Positions 20,701 to 30,008 of a DNA stretch of 50,949 bases are shown piece after piece. The notes under the pieces are model-generated. The model had not been told where the DNA came from. It saw nothing but the letters and a program-made list of their open reading frames with translations, and made no database searches. Position 1 is the stretch's first letter. Each line of letters opens with the position of its first letter. Source of the stretch: an uncultured Planctomyces sp. (lineage in GTDB: Bacteria > Planctomycetota > Planctomycetia > Planctomycetales > Planctomycetaceae); contig CAZILR010000001.1 in assembly GCA_964539995.1 (NCBI GenBank), positions 1 through 50,949 of the forward strand. The letters run 5' to 3'. Made by a program: the position numbers and the translations under genes.

Positions 20701-20955
20701 CATCTGGAGCTGGTTCCTGAATCGTCGGCCGCCAATCAATTGCTCTCCGCGTTGATTTCCGCCTCGGCGAATGAGCCAGATTCCGTCCGATCGTCCTGGG
20801 ACGAAGGATTGAAATGGCATCTGTCCGAGACGCCTCACGTCAGCCTGTTCACGCAGCTCCGAGCAGAGGCCGAGCAAGCTACGAAAGCTGTGCAAAAATC
20901 AACAACTCGTCCACAGGATTCCGAGGCGGCCGGTTCAAAGCCGCTCAAGCCTTGA
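17758..20955 (+). CDS. Membrane Ser/Thr protein kinase with N-terminal zinc-anti-sigma-like motif and long TPR-like C-terminal region
   Basis: Hanks motifs: GAGSFGEVW, VAIK, HRDLKPANVLL, DFGLAR, SPEQ. One TM helix (WIATLSGLLIATALTASVLV). A roughly 650 aa helical-repeat tail. The gene starts 15 nt after the sigma-factor stop. Confidence 0.95.
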   Translation: MSSSECFDRSVLFQFASFRLSDDRFEQVAAHLETCPICLAVVETLSSEPLTRSESHKPASILREDMQTSSESDSKDVDGIAIQNLISRMLRLPQAGPKANASSPLLEPGVCLNDFELVQRLGAGSFGEVWQAMDRRLRRTVAIKVARRPDSEAAGNDFEREARAAAQLDHPAIVRVFDVGHWNRLIYIVTEFVEGQTLQAAARSSPWSFRQIAECCETLARGLAHAHQRGVIHRDLKPANVLLDANGQPRILDFGLARLGGEQTIAVEGWLLGTPAYMSPEQARGQAHLVEPESDVYSLGVILFELLTGERPFRGDRESLLAQAINSPAPAPRSLNRQTPKDLDTICLKCLEKEPRLRFRSASDLADELRRYLDHQPIVSRPAGVSGRVWRWCLRKPWIATLSGLLIATALTASVLVTWSWRNEKSAKKLAVRRLESAEDAITDLVHLAEGIRDLPGGQRRGQQILQRVIEHYHQMTDASLPDDPAQQRDIGNLWLNLAEIEQSRHQWDAARRAADKAQRIWEALRPQTAFRAEALLGLASVRHRLGSVHAASQQYAVALDELGQAQKWINGLSPLQGELEKHRLALTATIAFDQGLALFGLKRFADAEQSLSQSHQDWDALVRLDSDHRLARLNQIHSLRVLGRIQNARHLLREADESIQQALRLVEAWLGSEPDDPEIVELKASTLLDVADVVRRRGHFGAEREQLTTAREQLQRLLELDNHSPRVHLELTLTLTQLAQLQHRAGSNRSAKELIEKAWDRAAELSALFPQVPDYTQALAICSDIHGEILRELGLADKALELHRSSVELFTNMIEATPDVPDLKQRLAISHSQIGQDLAQRQQWKDSETDFDRATELLESLASQFPDQRSYRESLADVVTEAGLAAVQAQRLPQARELLDRATQLRRELAASESSPENLRQLVWLLSSNPLAEDRRPKEALPLAEKLWQRERGNELSVCVSVLALWRAGDWQTARLRLREHLELVPESSAANQLLSALISASANEPDSVRSSWDEGLKWHLSETPHVSLFTQLRAEAEQATKAVQKSTTRPQDSEAAGSKPLKP
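17848..17871 (+). other. H-x3-C-x2-C (ZAS-type anti-sigma) motif at residues 31-38 of the kinase
   Basis: Translation reads AAHLETCPICL, with H31, C35 and C38 counted from ATG 17758. Confidence 0.6.
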
Positions 20956-20991
20956 AGACGTGCTGCCGACTTCGGCGAAACAAGCCTGAGC

Positions 20992-23532
20992 ATGGATGGC
21001 TCGATGGCTTTCCCACGGATGGGATCACCGATGACGCGCGATCGACTTTCGGCAGAATCTGCCTCGGCTGACGCTGCGCTCCGCGCGCGCGTCCGCCGGT
21101 CGTGTGCGCTGTTGGCGGTGACCTTGGCCTGCTGTGCATGGCCGTTGTTGGCGCAAGACCCCATGACTCACGTCCGGCCTGCGACTCGATTGTCTCCCGC
21201 AGAAGGTTCGTTCGGGGATGCTCTTGAAGAGCGCACCGACGACGAGACTTCGGAAGAAGACACCGCAACTGGTGTTCGACCTGCGTCATTGAAACAGCCG
21301 CAGCCGGCGCAGCTTGCTCCGATCGCGGCTGCTCCCGTGGTTCCACCAGCGCCGCAGCGGACGGGATCGGCGACCTTGTTCGACAGCCGGCGGCTCAGCG
21401 GCGAAGTGCTGCGAGAGCAACGTCAGCGACGAGCGGCACGAACGGCCAGCAACGTCATCGTCGGACTGGAAGGCAAAGCTCGCTCCACCACCGATGCGGG
21501 AAATTTGGTCGGCAAGTCCGCCACATCGGTCGGATTGGGAGTCCAACGCCGCACGCCTATCGTGACCGACCCGCGCATTCACAGCACGCGAGTCGGCAGC
21601 CAGAACGCCTCTGGATCGTTTTGGTTTCCCGCGCGGATTGATCTCGACACGCATTTGAACAAGCTCGACTCGCGGATCATCGAAGACATCATCACGGTGC
21701 AAGGACCGTACAGCGCGTTGTACGGGCCCGACTTTCATTTCTACGACGTCGAATTGCTGCCGTCGCCGCGCTACGACGATCTGGAATCGCATGGCAGCAG
21801 TAGTTTGGAGTACCGCACCAACGGCGAGCAGTGGTACGGCCGGCAAACCGGCTTGGTCGGCGATCAAACCTGGGGTGCGCGTCTGGGTTACGGACATCGC
21901 ACCGGCAGCGACTACAGCAGCGGCAACGGCACGGACATCCCGTCGAGCTACAAATCGCGAGACATCGACTTGGCCTTGGGATTCGATCTGGGAAGCGCGG
22001 ACCACGTCGAATTCAACCTTCTGCGGCTCGATCAAACCGACGTCGAATTCCCCGGCCAAGCGTTCGATTTGGATTACCTGGTGACCGATGGTTACGAATT
22101 GTCGTGGACTCACGACGGATTCGGCTCCTTCGATCAGATGGAGTTCGACGCTTGGTACAACCAGACACGCTTCTCGGGCACGCTCGATCCCGTGAAGAAG
22201 AGTCGCCTGTTTCCGGCATTCTCTGGCGGAGCGGCCAATCTGCGGGCGACCACGGATGTCGATGCGGCCTCGACCGGATACCGCTGGCTGTTCCATCGTG
22301 ACACAGACGAACTAGGACGCTGGACCATCGGCACGGACCTGCGCTACTTGCGGCAAGAACTGGATGAATTGAGTGACTTCGGGCCGGTCCCCTTGTTCGA
22401 CAACCGCAACTCGCCGATCCCCAAGTCGCATTGGGCGAACCCCGGCTTGTTGATTGAAAACCACAATCAGGTCAACGAACGATTGGCGTTCCATAGCGGC
22501 GCTCGCGTGGATTTTGTTTCCACGAACATTGACGAGAGCACCGCAAGCTTGGGAGCGCTCGGAACCGACGTGAATCCGGCGTCCTTGTCGGACATTTTAG
22601 GGAGCAGCGATTTCGGCCAGGATTTCACGCTGGCTTCGGTCTTCGTCACCGGCAGCTATGACTTGGACGAGCACATCACTTTGAATTTGGGAGCGGGACG
22701 CGCTGAGCGTGCGCCCCATCTCACCGAGTTGTATGTGGCCGAGGCGTTCATGTTCTTGCAACAGAATGGACTCAACTCCGTGACCGGTGATCCGCTCTTG
22801 AAGAAGGAGCAACTCTGGCAAGTCGATGTGGGTGTGTCGGGAAATTGGGATCGTGTTCGCGGTTCGGCGAATGTCTTCCATTCGTGGATTCACGACTACA
22901 TCACGTTTGAGAACATGGGGCAGTCCATTCCGTTGTCCGCCGGTGGCGACGTCGCGACTCGCTTGAAGTACGTCAACACAGACCTCGCCACACTGGCGGG
23001 GTTCAACGTCTTGGCCGAGGCCGACCTCACAGACATGCTCACAGGATTCGCGACCGTCAGCTACACGCAGGGTGAAGATCACACACGCAACGGCTCATTC
23101 GCCACGGTCCCCTTTGACGGTTCAGGAGCCGTGCAGCCATCCATTCGAGAACCCGGACAGCCGCGAGGAAATAATGGTCAGGTTGGCGCGGCCGAAGAGC
23201 CGTTGCCGGGCATCGTGCCGCTGGAGTCTCGCATCGGACTTCGCTGGCACGATCCGCAGCCGCGCCCCGATTGGTCCATCGAATTGGCGGCACGGATCGT
23301 TGATGAACAGAACCGAGTCGCGACCAGTCTGCAAGAAAAGCGAACTCCCGGCTTCACCGTCTGGGACTTGCGAGGCTATTGGCGGCCGAATCGAAACTGG
23401 CTCCTCACCACTGGCGTCGAGAACTTCACCAACAAAAATTACTTCGAGCATCTCGACTATCGCTCCTCGACCGGCCTCGCCGTGTTTCAGCCGGGGGTGA
23501 ATTTTTACTTCGGAACCGAGTGGTCGTACTGA
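20992..23532 (+). CDS. TonB-dependent-receptor-like outer membrane beta-barrel protein
   Basis: Plug-type motif IIEDIITVQGPYSALYGPDF and a long beta-rich region with alternating polar/aromatic residues. The C-terminus ...NFYFGTEWSY ends in an aromatic residue. The hydrophobic leader is LLAVTLACCAWPLLAQ. The exact start (20992 or a downstream ATG) is uncertain. Confidence 0.8.
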   Translation: MDGSMAFPRMGSPMTRDRLSAESASADAALRARVRRSCALLAVTLACCAWPLLAQDPMTHVRPATRLSPAEGSFGDALEERTDDETSEEDTATGVRPASLKQPQPAQLAPIAAAPVVPPAPQRTGSATLFDSRRLSGEVLREQRQRRAARTASNVIVGLEGKARSTTDAGNLVGKSATSVGLGVQRRTPIVTDPRIHSTRVGSQNASGSFWFPARIDLDTHLNKLDSRIIEDIITVQGPYSALYGPDFHFYDVELLPSPRYDDLESHGSSSLEYRTNGEQWYGRQTGLVGDQTWGARLGYGHRTGSDYSSGNGTDIPSSYKSRDIDLALGFDLGSADHVEFNLLRLDQTDVEFPGQAFDLDYLVTDGYELSWTHDGFGSFDQMEFDAWYNQTRFSGTLDPVKKSRLFPAFSGGAANLRATTDVDAASTGYRWLFHRDTDELGRWTIGTDLRYLRQELDELSDFGPVPLFDNRNSPIPKSHWANPGLLIENHNQVNERLAFHSGARVDFVSTNIDESTASLGALGTDVNPASLSDILGSSDFGQDFTLASVFVTGSYDLDEHITLNLGAGRAERAPHLTELYVAEAFMFLQQNGLNSVTGDPLLKKEQLWQVDVGVSGNWDRVRGSANVFHSWIHDYITFENMGQSIPLSAGGDVATRLKYVNTDLATLAGFNVLAEADLTDMLTGFATVSYTQGEDHTRNGSFATVPFDGSGAVQPSIREPGQPRGNNGQVGAAEEPLPGIVPLESRIGLRWHDPQPRPDWSIELAARIVDEQNRVATSLQEKRTPGFTVWDLRGYWRPNRNWLLTTGVENFTNKNYFEHLDYRSSTGLAVFQPGVNFYFGTEWSY

Positions 23533-23677
23533 GCCGGCCGCTCGCACGCGCCAGGCTGGCCGTTCCGGGACAACATTGTGTGACAAACGCTCGTTTGATG
23601 GGTGATCGGCGACGAATGCCGGTTTGACAGTGACGCCAGATTGGCCACGTCCCCAACCCAGACTAAGGAGCGAGATC

Positions 23678-26674
23678 ATGTTGTTTTCCCGCAAATCATT
23701 CGGTCGCTGGTGGCAGCAACTTCAGATGTCCGCGCCCGCGAAGCGACAGTCGAAGAACCATGAAACTCAATCGCTGGCGGCTCTGGAATCTCTCGAACCG
23801 CGAGCGGTCATGTCGGCCGCCCCGCTGATGGATCACATCGCCGTTGTTCGAGACGGCCACCAATGGATTCTGCCCGCGGAAGGAACGGGATCGGGAACGC
23901 AGGAGATTCGCGGTTATGGCTTGCCCGGAGACCAGTTCCTGTCAGGAGATTGGAATGGCGACGGCGCGCAGGATCTCGTCGTGGTTCGTCCCAACGCCGA
24001 AGGAGGACTGACCTGGTTGGTGGACCTGGGAACGGACAATCGGGTCGATGTGCAATACAAGTACGGCTTGGCGGGAGACACCGCGTTCCTCGGTGATTGG
24101 AACGGCGATGGCATCGATGACTTGGGGGTGGTTCGCCCCAATCGCGCGATCGGACTGCTCGATTGGTACTTGGACACGTCGCGTGTCGAATACGCGAACC
24201 CGACTCCGCGACAGTTCGGGCTGACCTCGCGAAATCACATTCCCGTGGTGGGGGACTGGAACGGCGACGGCCGCGATGATCTGGGAGCCGTCGAGGCAGG
24301 GACTGCTGGATTGTTGAACTGGTATCTCGACACGAACGGCGACAAGTTCGCGGATATCACTCGCGAATACGGCCTGGTCGCCGCGAAGCACTCGCCGGTC
24401 GTCGGTGACTGGAATGGCGACGGTCGCGACGATTTGGGAGTCACGTTCAAGAATACCAACAATCGACTGACTTGGTTGCTGGACACCTCTGGCGACAAGT
24501 TCGCCGACATCACGAAGAACTATGGGTTCGCGACCGATCGTCCGATCGTGGTCAACGTCACGAACAGCGTCACCGGTCACGATCGGGACGATCAGATGTC
24601 GGAAGCCCTCGCCTTGGGTCCGTTCAGCGGAACCAGAACGAATACTCAAGCCGGAGCGATCTCGTTCTCGACCGACGTGGACATGTTCTCGTTCACGGTG
24701 ACCGCCGGGCAGACCGTGCATTTCGACATCGACACCATTACGAACGGCCCTCCGGGACTCGGTTCGTACCTGCGCATCTTCGATGCTCAAGGGCGTGAGC
24801 TGGCCGCGAACAATGACCGGCTCGCTCCGGGTGATCCGCCTCCCTCGACAGGCCCCAGCAATCCCGATGGCTTCGATTCCTACATCCCATACACGTTCAC
24901 GAGCGGCGGCACCTATTACGTCGGTGTCTCGAACTGGCAGCATCGAGCCTACAACCCCGGCAACGGAACTGACGCACTGGGCACCGATCCGAATTGGCTC
25001 ACCGGGGCGTATTCGCTGGTGATCACCGCGCAGGCTGGTGACGACCGTTACGAAGAGAACGATTCCATCAGTGCCGCGGCGAACCTCGGTGCGTTGACGA
25101 CCAACCAGACATACGCGCTGAGTCTGCGAGACGGCATCGACTGGTTCCGGTTCGAGATTTCTTCCGGTGGGACAGCCGCGTCCACGATCACGACACAGTT
25201 CCAACATGCCTTGGGTGACGTCGATCTCGAACTCTACGACTCACGAGGCAACCTGGTCCGAGTGTCCGACGGCGTTTCAGACAGTGAAACGATCTCGATG
25301 GACCGGCTCGCTCGCGGCACCTACTTCCTGAAAGTCTTCGGGTACAACGGAGCGACAAATCCGGATTACACGCTGACGATCAATCCGCCGGGGTCATCCA
25401 CCATCGCCGACAAAAAGCTGTACCTCAACTTCGATGGTGCCTCGCTCTCAAACGCCGAATTGACTCAGTGGTCGCGGGGCAACTGGCTGCTCAGCGTGGA
25501 TGACATCGATCCCGAAGGAGATGGCATTCAGATTCAGCCGTTCTTGCAAGGTGAGTCGCTGAATGGTCAACGCGAGGCGATCATTTCTCAAATCGTGTCG
25601 ATGGTGCAGCGTGATCTGAATCCGTATGGCATTCAGGTGCTGCGTCATCGCGGCGACGCGATCGACGGCCGTGGCGTCACAACGATCTTCGTCGGAGCCA
25701 ACGAATTCGACGCGCACTTTGCTACTGACATCGACTACGGCAACGACAATCCGACCGACATCGCGTTCGTCACGAACGAAGATTGGGGCACAGCCGGTCG
25801 CACAGCGATTGCGCTGGCCGATGTCGTCTTGCACGAAGCGGGGCATACCTTTGGTTTGCATCACGTCGAAACGGCCGTCAACGGCCGCGTCTACGAAGAG
25901 TCCATGGGATTCCGCTACTCGGAGGACAACCCCGACAACTGGGTGAAAGACACCGCGTTTCTGGATCGCACATTCGCCCCGTATCTCGACCATGGTCCAA
26001 CTTCGCAAAACTCGCATCAGACCATGTTGAGCAACTTCGGAATGTCACAATCGATTGTTCAAAGCAAGCTCGCAACCGTGTCATTCGCTGCCCCCGGCGT
26101 CGTCGAGATCATCGGCAGTGCGAGCGCGGATCGAGTCAACGTCCAACGGCATGGCAACTCGCTGGAACTCATCGTCAACGGCCAAAAGTACGCGCTGGAT
26201 TCGTCGATTCAGACGGTCATCGTGCAGACCAACGGCGACACCAAGGATCGTGTCAGCAACACGGTGAGTAACGCCGTGCGGTTGGTGAACGTGAGCAGCC
26301 GATCCGGTCAAACGGAATTGGCCAGCATCAAGTCGGTCCGCGAAAACGCGACTCAATGGGCCGGCTTCGATTTGCCGGAGGAATCGCTTGACCATCGAAA
26401 TGTCGAGACGCCGAGCCATTCGGAGACCGCGCATGACCACGACATTCTGCCTCAGCCGAAGGCCGTGTCGCATCAGCGCCGACAGGACACGATAGACGAG
26501 CAGTTCTCACACCTGGCGACGGCTCGGGACGCGGGCCGTTCAGAGGTCATTGTGAAATCGTCAGAAAGCCGAAACGTCGCGCAGGAATCGAACACGTTGG
26601 AATTGAGCACTGCCAAGCGGACGCACCAGATGCGTGATGAGGTCTTTAGCGACTTGCGATCGTTGTTCGCCTGA
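23678..26674 (+). CDS. Secreted FG-GAP/VCBS repeat + two PPC (pre-peptidase C-terminal-like) domains + metzincin-type zinc metalloprotease
   Basis: ATG 23678 is preceded by AAGGAG (23665-23670). There are four GDWNGDG..DLGVVR repeats. The PPC-like segments are DVDMFSFTVTAGQTVHFDID and DWFRFEISSGG...GTYFLKVFGYNG..DYTLTI. The zinc motif HEAGHTFGLHH lies at 25832-25864. Confidence 0.9.
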   Translation: MLFSRKSFGRWWQQLQMSAPAKRQSKNHETQSLAALESLEPRAVMSAAPLMDHIAVVRDGHQWILPAEGTGSGTQEIRGYGLPGDQFLSGDWNGDGAQDLVVVRPNAEGGLTWLVDLGTDNRVDVQYKYGLAGDTAFLGDWNGDGIDDLGVVRPNRAIGLLDWYLDTSRVEYANPTPRQFGLTSRNHIPVVGDWNGDGRDDLGAVEAGTAGLLNWYLDTNGDKFADITREYGLVAAKHSPVVGDWNGDGRDDLGVTFKNTNNRLTWLLDTSGDKFADITKNYGFATDRPIVVNVTNSVTGHDRDDQMSEALALGPFSGTRTNTQAGAISFSTDVDMFSFTVTAGQTVHFDIDTITNGPPGLGSYLRIFDAQGRELAANNDRLAPGDPPPSTGPSNPDGFDSYIPYTFTSGGTYYVGVSNWQHRAYNPGNGTDALGTDPNWLTGAYSLVITAQAGDDRYEENDSISAAANLGALTTNQTYALSLRDGIDWFRFEISSGGTAASTITTQFQHALGDVDLELYDSRGNLVRVSDGVSDSETISMDRLARGTYFLKVFGYNGATNPDYTLTINPPGSSTIADKKLYLNFDGASLSNAELTQWSRGNWLLSVDDIDPEGDGIQIQPFLQGESLNGQREAIISQIVSMVQRDLNPYGIQVLRHRGDAIDGRGVTTIFVGANEFDAHFATDIDYGNDNPTDIAFVTNEDWGTAGRTAIALADVVLHEAGHTFGLHHVETAVNGRVYEESMGFRYSEDNPDNWVKDTAFLDRTFAPYLDHGPTSQNSHQTMLSNFGMSQSIVQSKLATVSFAAPGVVEIIGSASADRVNVQRHGNSLELIVNGQKYALDSSIQTVIVQTNGDTKDRVSNTVSNAVRLVNVSSRSGQTELASIKSVRENATQWAGFDLPEESLDHRNVETPSHSETAHDHDILPQPKAVSHQRRQDTIDEQFSHLATARDAGRSEVIVKSSESRNVAQESNTLELSTAKRTHQMRDEVFSDLRSLFA

Positions 26675-26779
26675 TTAGTCCCACACGGAGCGGATGCGCT
26701 CGCTTCGATCTCTCGATCAGGCTCGTTGCCTCTTGGAATTCACGTTACGACCCTCGTCATTTTTCACACGGAGAACATC

Positions 26780-27517
26780 ATGAACCTAAAGTGGATTTGG
26801 ATGATTTCGCTATTCGTCCCCCTGGCGTCTGCCCCGGTGATGGCTCACGACTTCAGTTGGGAGAATCTGCAAACCGCCTCGATGAAGCTCAACAAGCAGT
26901 TCGACTTTGAGGCCAACGTGGACGGATACATGCAGGCCTACCGTCCCGACGTTTGGAAGCGCTATCGCAACGACGAATTCGCACTGGAAGAGAAGCGGAT
27001 TGAAACGATCGAACTCATGAAAAAACGAGCGGAGAAGTTTGCGATCGACGAAGACTTCGTGCTCAATGTGCGACTCGATCTTGGCAAGTACGACTTTCGA
27101 GAAAGCCGCTTTCCGATCGAGAACATGACCGAGACACATTACTGGTATGCCAGCAAGTACTCGGTCGGTGACTTGCCGGGCCAGTTCACAGTTCGCTTTT
27201 CCAATGTGTCGCTCATGAATGCGATCCCGATGGCGAAAGAGTCTGCGAGCGACTTCGTGAAACGTCACAAAGATTCCTACGGTCAGGTCAACCGTGCTGT
27301 TTCCGCGACGATCCTGTTTCGACTCGTCGAGTTGAAACATAAAGACAACGAGTTTGTGGCGGAGATCCAGTCAGCCAAGGTCTTTGAAGATACGGCAAAG
27401 ACTCGGCTACTGCATGAATTCAAGAAGCCGCCACCACCGAAGAAGGAGCCAATGTTGCCAGAGGTCATCTCAAAGGAGGTTCCTGTGCCGATCAAGAAAA
27501 GCTCGGAATCCCAATGA
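26780..27517 (+). CDS. Hypothetical secreted protein with Pro/Lys-rich C-terminal tail
   Basis: ATG 26780 gives the signal peptide MNLKWIWMISLFVPLASAPVMA. I recognise no catalytic motif. The tail reads KKPPPPKKEPMLPEVISKEVPVPIKK. Confidence 0.75.
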   Translation: MNLKWIWMISLFVPLASAPVMAHDFSWENLQTASMKLNKQFDFEANVDGYMQAYRPDVWKRYRNDEFALEEKRIETIELMKKRAEKFAIDEDFVLNVRLDLGKYDFRESRFPIENMTETHYWYASKYSVGDLPGQFTVRFSNVSLMNAIPMAKESASDFVKRHKDSYGQVNRAVSATILFRLVELKHKDNEFVAEIQSAKVFEDTAKTRLLHEFKKPPPPKKEPMLPEVISKEVPVPIKKSSESQ

Positions 27518-27597
27518 GATCATCCCTGCGATAAAGCCGGTGCGTTCCTGAGTTGAAGGCGAATCACCCTTGATGCGACGGAAAGCCTGGGTCTGTG

Positions 27598-29997
27598 ATG
27601 AGTGATTGCTTTGAATTGGTGGAACTCAGTACCGGCCGAGTGCATCCGGTCGATGACTCGAAGGAGTACTTAGCGGGACGAAGCACCGAAGCGGAGATTT
27701 TTTTATACGACCTCGGGTGCTCGCGGCAGCAATTTCAGATCGTTTGTCGAGAAGGCGAGTTGGTCTTGGATGCCTTGTCCAACTCCGTTCCGACGACTTG
27801 TGACGGGATAGTGGTCACAGCGCCGATACCACTGCGTGACGGGTTGGAGATCGAAGTTCACCAAACCAAGTTTCAAGTTCGCCAAGTGGCCCTGAACGGC
27901 GAACGGCCATCGCATTCGGTGGAGAACTTGATCAGTCACGACATTCCTTTGGGACAATCATTTTCGGTTTCTGGTGAAATGACGATCGGCCGTGATCCGA
28001 CCTCCGACATTTATCTGCCTCACATTCAAGTGTCGCGCTGGCATGCGAGATTACGCGTCGTCCCTGAGGGAGCGATCATTGAAGACTTGGGGAGCGCGAA
28101 CGGGACGTTTCTGGACGGCCGCCGATTGCTCTTGCCACAGCGGATGACAGCCGGCTCCACGATTGGCATCGGACCGTACTCTCTGACGTTCACCGGTTCG
28201 ACGTTGGTCACGGCGACACGCACGAACAATTTGCAGCTTGAAGGACGCAGCCTGACTCGCTGGGTGAACACTCGCGTCGGCCCGGAAAATCAGCGAAAGA
28301 CGATCCTGGATAATGTCTCGTTGGTGATTCGCCCACACGAGTTTGTCTGCCTTCTGGGACCAACTGGGTCTGGAAAGTCCACGTTGCTTTCGGCACTGAG
28401 TGCTCGCGTGCCGGCGAATCAGGGGCAAGTGCTGATCAACCAATCGAACTTGTACGAGCACTTCGAGTCTCTGAAACGCGACATCGCGGTGGTTCCGCAG
28501 CGAGACATCCTGCACGACGAACTGCCGTTGGTGGATGCCTTACGCTACACGGCGCGACTGCGACTACCGATCGACACGTCGGTCACGGAAATCACCGCTC
28601 AGGTGGATGACTTGTTGCAGCGAGTAGGGTTGCCGGCACATCGACAGACTTGTCTTGGGCAATTGAGTGGCGGACAGCGGCGGCGCGCGAGCTTGGCCAA
28701 CGAATTGATTTCAAACCCCAGCCTGTTGTTTCTGGATGAAGCCACTTCGGGACTCGATGAGCAAACCGATCGCGAAATGATGCGTTTATTTCGGCGATTG
28801 GCCGATGCGGGCAAGACCGTCGTGTGCGTCACTCACACCTTGGCGAATATCGCCGAGACTTGTCACCTCGTGGTGTTGTTGACGGTGGGAGGAAAGCTCG
28901 CGTTCGTCGGAACTCCCGCCGAAGCGTTGGAGTATTTCCAAATCGAGCGGTTGGCCGACGTCTATGAAAAGTTAGAACGCGATGACGAAGCGGACGAATG
29001 GCAGAGGCGATTCGTGCAGTCGGCGTTGTTCGGCAAGTATGTCACGTCCCGCCTTTCGGCGGGGGCGGTCGCGCCGCAAAAACAAGGTGTGCGTGAGATT
29101 CAGTTCTGGCATGACACTTGGAACACGGCTCGGCATCAGTGGCCGTTGTTGGCTCAGCGTTATTGGCAAGTCTTTCGCGCGGATCGCCGATCGTTGTGGG
29201 GCTTGGGAATTCAAGTGCTGATCGTAGCGGCGGTTTTGTCGCTGGTGTTTGGCGACGTGAGCACACTCGCGGAACCATTTCGCCGCGCCGCCATTTCTTG
29301 CAATGTCCTGTTTGTTTTGGGCGTGTCTGGTTTGTGGTTTGGCTGCAACAACTCGGTGAAAGAGATCGTTCGCGAACGGACGATTTACACCAAAGAACTG
29401 CAAGTGAATTTGGACCCGACCAGCTATTACGCCTCGAAGTGGTTGTTGCAGGTCGTTGCTGCGAGCGGGCAGTCTGTCGCGCTGGCCATATTGGTTTCCA
29501 CTTGGTGCTCCTTGCCGGGAAACTTGGCCGCCCAAGCGGGATTGGCGGCGCTGGGAGCAACCGCTGGAGTCTGCGTGGGCTTGTTCTTGTCGACGATCAC
29601 TGTAACGGAGGCGGCGGCACTGACCTTGGTCCCGTTGGTGTTGATTCCCCAAATCGCGCTGTCGGATGTCTTCGTCCCTTTGGAGGGCTTCTCTCGCTGG
29701 TTGGGGCAGGGATTGGTTGCCAACTACTGGATTTACGGGGCTCTCCGTGGAACGCTGCCGATCGAACTCGTCGAACAACTCAATCCTCCGCTCGCTCCGG
29801 TGTTGCCGTTGGATCGCGTACTGGTCGCAGTCGGATTGCAAATGGCAGCATTGATGCTGTCGTCGATCGTCGTGCTGCATGTGCGAGACCGAGTCATGGC
29901 CTGTTCCAACAAATCATTCTTGGAAGCCATACGAGATTTGCCTGTGGTCGGACCGGTCATCGTCGCCATCGCGCGCCGCTGGTTTCGTCGCCGATAG
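27598..29997 (+). CDS. FHA-FHA-ABC exporter (fused nucleotide-binding domain and ABC-2-type permease), Rv1747-like architecture
   Basis: Two FHA-like modules (GRSTEAEIFLYDLGCSRQQFQI; IGRDPTSDIYLPHIQVSRWHARL..GSANGTFLDGRRL). Walker A GPTGSGKST, signature LSGGQRRR, Walker B LLFLDEATSGLD, and about six C-terminal TM helices. GTG 27595 is an alternative start. Confidence 0.93.
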   Translation: MSDCFELVELSTGRVHPVDDSKEYLAGRSTEAEIFLYDLGCSRQQFQIVCREGELVLDALSNSVPTTCDGIVVTAPIPLRDGLEIEVHQTKFQVRQVALNGERPSHSVENLISHDIPLGQSFSVSGEMTIGRDPTSDIYLPHIQVSRWHARLRVVPEGAIIEDLGSANGTFLDGRRLLLPQRMTAGSTIGIGPYSLTFTGSTLVTATRTNNLQLEGRSLTRWVNTRVGPENQRKTILDNVSLVIRPHEFVCLLGPTGSGKSTLLSALSARVPANQGQVLINQSNLYEHFESLKRDIAVVPQRDILHDELPLVDALRYTARLRLPIDTSVTEITAQVDDLLQRVGLPAHRQTCLGQLSGGQRRRASLANELISNPSLLFLDEATSGLDEQTDREMMRLFRRLADAGKTVVCVTHTLANIAETCHLVVLLTVGGKLAFVGTPAEALEYFQIERLADVYEKLERDDEADEWQRRFVQSALFGKYVTSRLSAGAVAPQKQGVREIQFWHDTWNTARHQWPLLAQRYWQVFRADRRSLWGLGIQVLIVAAVLSLVFGDVSTLAEPFRRAAISCNVLFVLGVSGLWFGCNNSVKEIVRERTIYTKELQVNLDPTSYYASKWLLQVVAASGQSVALAILVSTWCSLPGNLAAQAGLAALGATAGVCVGLFLSTITVTEAAALTLVPLVLIPQIALSDVFVPLEGFSRWLGQGLVANYWIYGALRGTLPIELVEQLNPPLAPVLPLDRVLVAVGLQMAALMLSSIVVLHVRDRVMACSNKSFLEAIRDLPVVGPVIVAIARRWFRRR

Positions 29998-30008
29998 CGA
30001 CCGCGGCG

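Noticed and set aside
26688-26701. Small hairpin gagcg-gatg-cgctc after the metzincin gene.
   Set aside because: It has only a 5 bp stem and no U-tract, which is too weak to call a terminator.
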